A DNA stretch of 32,000 nucleotides from Chloroflexota bacterium (GTDB taxonomy: Bacteria; Chloroflexota; Ktedonobacteria; Ktedonobacterales; JACDGC01). Shown piece by piece: positions 27,701 to 32,000 of this stretch (position 1 is its first letter; every line of letters starts with the position of its first letter). Location: NCBI GenBank assembly GCA_021778805.1, contig JAJYBV010000003.1:48542-80541 (forward strand), given 5' to 3'. The notes beneath the pieces were generated by a model that saw only the letters and a list, made by a program, of their open reading frames with translations, was not told the origin of the DNA and did no database searches. A program made the position numbers and the translations under genes.

Positions 27701-30700
27701 CAATGAAACTTCATGGGGTATGAACGGAATGCACCGTTCATTACCACTTTCAGTATCCTCAACGGATCGAATGGCAATGAAACTTGCACTATCCAGCTGC
27801 CACATGCACCGCATGAGCTCTTTCAGTATCCTCAACGGATCGAATGGCAATGAAACACGTACACTTATGCAATCCTGCATAAGTTGTTACTAGCTTTCAG
27901 TATCCTCAACGGATCGAATGGCAATGAAACAGTGTCGTTATGCTTGCCATGTTAGCCTCCAGTGTGATCTTTCAGTATCCTCAACGGATCGAATGGCAAT
28001 GAAACAGCTTTTGCGGTGAGTATGGGATCGTGATACTCAACTTTCAGTATCCTCAACGGATCGAATGGCAATGAAACGTACACTTATGCAGGATTGCACA
28101 AGTTGTTAGTAGCTTTCAGTATCCTCAACGGATCGAATGGCAATGAAACTCCAGATGTCAGCCTACAGCTCAATACATTAAAGAACTTTCAGTATCCTCA
28201 ACGGATCGAATGGCAATGAAACCAGCCTCAGACTGAGACGCTGTTTGACCTTCTGAATCTTTCAGTATCCTCAACGGATCGAATGGCAATGAAACAAAAT
28301 CGCTCAAATTTGCATTCTGGCGCCAACGATTTCTTTCAGTATCCTCAACGGATCGAATGGCAATGAAACTGAACAGCCTGTCGAGCACTATTTAAATACG
28401 CCAGATCTTTCAGTATCCTCAACGGATCGAATGGCAATGAAACTTCGCCATTTATCCTAACGCACCTAGGCTAGAAAATCCTTTCAGTATCCTCAACGGA
28501 TCGAATGGCAATGAAACATACACCAAGCATAGCTACTTCTTATGCTGAAGAATCTTTCAGTATCCTCAACGGATCGAATGGCAATGAAACATTGCAGCAG
28601 ATTGCATCCTAGTCATTCTAGGCATTTTCCTTTCAGTATCCTCAACGGATCGAATGGCAATGAAACCGGAATCGATTCCGATATAACGCCAGCCAGTCAT
28701 AGACTTTCAGTATCCTCAACGGATCGAATGGCAATGAAACCGAAGCGTAAAACACGTTCAGAACATCTCCATACGGAACTTTCAGTATCCTCAACGGATC
28801 GAATGGCAATGAAACAAGATTGCCAGCTGTATACGCGCTTACCGCTGACGCCTTTCAGTATCCTCAACGGATCGAATGGCAATGAAACTAGAATGACTAG
28901 GATGCAATCTGCTGCAATGCAGCCTTTCAGTATCCTCAACGGATCGAATGGCAATGAAACGTATACGCAGCTGAAATCATCGACTGCCCAAGTTATGCTT
29001 TCAGTATCCTCAACGGATCGAATGGCAATGAAACCTACTAACAACTTATGCAATCCAGCATAAGTGTATGAACTTTCAGTATCCTCAACGGATCGAATGG
29101 CAATGAAACGATATGCTACATGCGCAAACACGGCTGCGACCGAAGCTTTCAGTATCCTCAACGGATCGAATGGCAATGAAACGCAACTGTAGCATTGTAG
29201 CGCGAAAAGTTTATTCAGCCTTTCAGTATCCTCAACGGATCGAATGGCAATGAAACCCATTCGACGGATGATTGCAGATGCTGAAACGCATCCTTTCAGT
29301 ATCCTCAACGGATCGAATGGCAATGAAACGAATACTGCGGGTGAGCTGTCCGATACACCTGCCATCTTTCAGTATCCTCAACGGATCGAATGGCAATGAA
29401 ACAATGGGACGAATCTGCTCAACATGACGAACAGCATTCCTTTCAGTATCCTCAACGGATCGAATGGCAATGAAACCCAAATGACGCGCTTTCTATGGCA
29501 TCATTGGAGGCTTAGCTTTCAGTATCCTCAACGGATCGAATGGCAATGAAACATCTGGCGATTTCTAAATCGCCAGAAAATTGTTCCTCTTTCAGTATCC
29601 TCAACGGATCGAATGGCAATGAAACTCGCTGAACGCGCAGGGTTTATTGTTCTATTAAAAACTTTCAGTATCCTCAACGGATCGAATGGCAATGAAACAG
29701 CTATGGGAACACCTCCACCGTCAAACCCGCCACCCTTTCAGTATCCTCAACGGATCGAATGGCAATGAAACTTGACAAGGTCGTTGCTGATGTTCGGCGT
29801 CAATTGCCTTTCAGTATCCTCAACGGATCGAATGGCAATGAAACGAAGCGATTCGGCTCCTGTATTTTGCGCTGGAGCATGACTTTCAGTATCCTCAACG
29901 GATCGAATGGCAATGAAACTTCCCGCAGTTACTGTTCCTTGTGTAGCGCGCTGAACCTTTCAGTATCCTCAACGGATCGAATGGCAATGAAACGGTTAAT
30001 GCAACACTTCCAGCCGGAAGGGTGATACTAGCTTTCAGTATCCTCAACGGATCGAATGGCAATGAAACCATTCTCCGTTACAGATAGAGCCTGCTGAACA
30101 CATTCCTTTCAGTATCCTCAACGGATCGAATGGCAATGAAACTTTTGAGGAGGCATTAAAAATGCCTAGAAGAATGACGCTTTCAGTATCCTCAACGGAT
30201 CGAATGGCAATGAAACTTGGAATCCACTGACAGGTTGTGATAAGATCAGCACACTTTCAGTATCCTCAACGGATCGAATGGCAATGAAACACACGTATTG
30301 ATAGAAGTAAAGATAGCGTCAGTTGCCCTTTCAGTATCCTCAACGGATCGAATGGCAATGAAACCATTGATATAACTCCTTAAAATTCGTTGTAATGCAG
30401 CTTTCAGTATCCTCAACGGATCGAATGGCAATGAAACTGACGCGATTGCCGGTGATCACCTCGCCGAGAAATCTTTCAGTATCCTCAACGGATCGAATGG
30501 CAATGAAACTAGCGCTGCTGGAGTGCATCGCTGATCGTGAATGTGCTTTCAGTATCCTCAACGGATCGAATGGCAATGAAACGTCTTCGGGACGCAGCGA
30601 ATCTGTTGCGGATCGTGTCTTTCAGTATCCTCAACGGATCGAATGGCAATGAAACACTCGATCCGCTCCTGCAACGGGACACCACCGAAGTCTTTCAGTA

Positions 30701-32000
30701 TCCTCAACGGATCGAATGGCAATGAAACGTGAACCATGCACCAGCAGATGAAAAATGCCGGATCTTTCAGTATCCTCAACGGATCGAATGGCAATGAAAC
30801 TGCAACGAAACGCGGCGCAGTGGAAGAACTATTAGTGCTTTCAGTATCCTCAACGGATCGAATGGCAATGAAACACGATTTCGCGAACGCATCCATCTCA
30901 CATCAGCAGACTTTCAGTATCCTCAACGGATCGAATGGCAATGAAACTTATGATCTCACCATCCTGATTCTCTCGCTAGAGACTTTCAGTATCCTCAACG
31001 GATCGAATGGCAATGAAACAACATGGAGAAACTGTCCGGCGCAACTGCGCAGAAACTTTCAGTATCCTCAACGGATCGAATGGCAATGAAACCTGGGCGC
31101 TTCAACTGCGGGTCACGCGCCTCAATGAGCTTTCAGTATCCTCAACGGATCGAATGGCAATGAAACAAATAGCGCACGCCGTCTCACATAGTTGCCCCCG
31201 CGAACTTTCAGTATCCTCAACGGATCGAATGGCAATGAAACGAACCAGAGAAAATGCACACGAAAATACAAACTAATCCTTTCAGTATCCTCAACGGATC
31301 GAATGGCAATGAAACATAAACGATTCATTATCGAGCGCGAATCGCGATTTTATCCTTTCAGTATCCTCAACGGATCGAATGGCAATGAAACTTTGCAGCG
31401 AAATTTGCCCGATACCGGCGCCGGGTCTTTCAGTATCCTCAACGGATCGAATGGCAATGAAACGTATTTCCGCCGCGAGCCAGGTTTTTCCGGCGCCGGT
31501 CCTTTCAGTATCCTCAACGGATCGAATGGCAATGAAACCTATGAATATGAGATATACATCTCACAAAAAAATTTCTTTCAGTATCCTCAACGGATCGAAT
31601 GGCAATGAAACCGACGTGCTCGCGCGGAGGGGGGTTGCGCCGGAAGGCTTTCAGTATCCTCAACGGATCGAATGGCAATGAAACATCGCGCGCCGCCGGC
31701 GGCGCGATTTTTACCACGAGCCTTTCAGTATCCTCAACGGATCGAATGGCAATGAAACGTGTTCGCGACACCCGTTTGCACCCGCGCCCCGGCCTTTCAG
31801 TATCCTCAACGGATCGAATGGCAATGAAACGCCCATTTGATATTCATTGCAGCATTTTCGTCTCTGTCTTTCAGTATCCTCAACGGATCGAATGGCAATG
31901 AAACCCAACAGCATTCCCAGTCCTGGGGAGTGCTTGACAACTTTCAGTATCCTCAACGGATCGAATGGCAATGAAACCGCAGTGCGCTCCGCAAATACCC
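24729..32000 (-). CRISPR. CRISPR array, 99 identical 37-nt repeats and 98 complete spacers (30-41 nt, mostly 35-38), continuing past the window end; class 1-like repeat; minus-strand transcription inferred with modest confidence
   Basis: Repeat CTTTCAGTATCCTCAACGGATCGAATGGCAATGAAAC counted by hand at 24729, 24803, 24877 ... 31941. All ORF-track proteins here are repeat translations (SILNGSNGNET, LSVSSTDRMAMK, FQYPQRIEWQ). Orientation comes from PAM-side anchoring of overlapping spacers, see findings. Confidence 0.98.

Noticed and set aside
25288-29072. A 3' NGG flank suggesting a type II (Cas9) array
   Set aside because: A 37-nt repeat with GAAAC/GAAAG-type ends and 35-39 nt spacers is class 1-like. 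No anti-repeat (tracrRNA) is visible in the window. Reading the opposite strand gives the common type I 5'-CCN PAM.
24781-31971. Dozens of 60-220 aa ORFs on both strands across the array (SILNGSNGNET, LSVSSTDRMAMK, FQYPQRIEWQ, SLPFDPLRILK, FIAIRSVEDTE motifs)
   Set aside because: They are translations of the 37-nt repeat in different frames, joined by spacers that happen to lack stops. They are not genes.

Overview
The window has three blocks. (1) 1-3290 is AT-rich chromosomal DNA. It holds the 3' end of one copy and a complete second copy of a tandemly duplicated secreted-protein gene, a class IV branched-chain amino acid aminotransferase (ilvE-like) with its terminator, and a 5'-truncated tRNA on the minus strand (anticodon arm GCG, T arm, acceptor 3' strand). 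(2) About 3290-24728 is a visibly GC-richer, entirely plus-strand siphovirus-type prophage segment. In order it carries a replication-organizer gene with internal 10-bp iterons, a DnaJ-type zinc-finger protein, small ORFs with a perfect 107-bp duplication, and a regulatory/packaging region. Then come terminase large subunit, a Mu-like head module (portal, MuF, protease-scaffold, decoration, major capsid), connector proteins and the major tail protein. It ends with a G/GT chaperone pair with a -1 slippery T-run, tape measure, two large tail-tip proteins, an XhlA-type holin and a lysin. No integrase, repressor, transposase or cas gene is in the window. (3) 24729-32000 is a CRISPR array that runs off the window. 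It has 99 identical 37-nt repeats (CTTTCAGTATCCTCAACGGATCGAATGGCAATGAAAC on the plus strand) and 98 complete spacers of 30-41 nt, and it begins only 34 nt after the lysin stop codon. Main leads: (a) four solitary CRISPR-repeat-like hairpin units dispersed in the phage late operon resemble the adjacent array repeat; (b) the phage-array junction is seamless; (c) one spacer is a diverged match (28/36, PAM-side 8 nt intact) to the iterons of the resident prophage; (d) overlapping spacers allow a CCN/NGG PAM and the array orientation to be inferred; (e) some spacers record flip and flop versions of the same hairpins.
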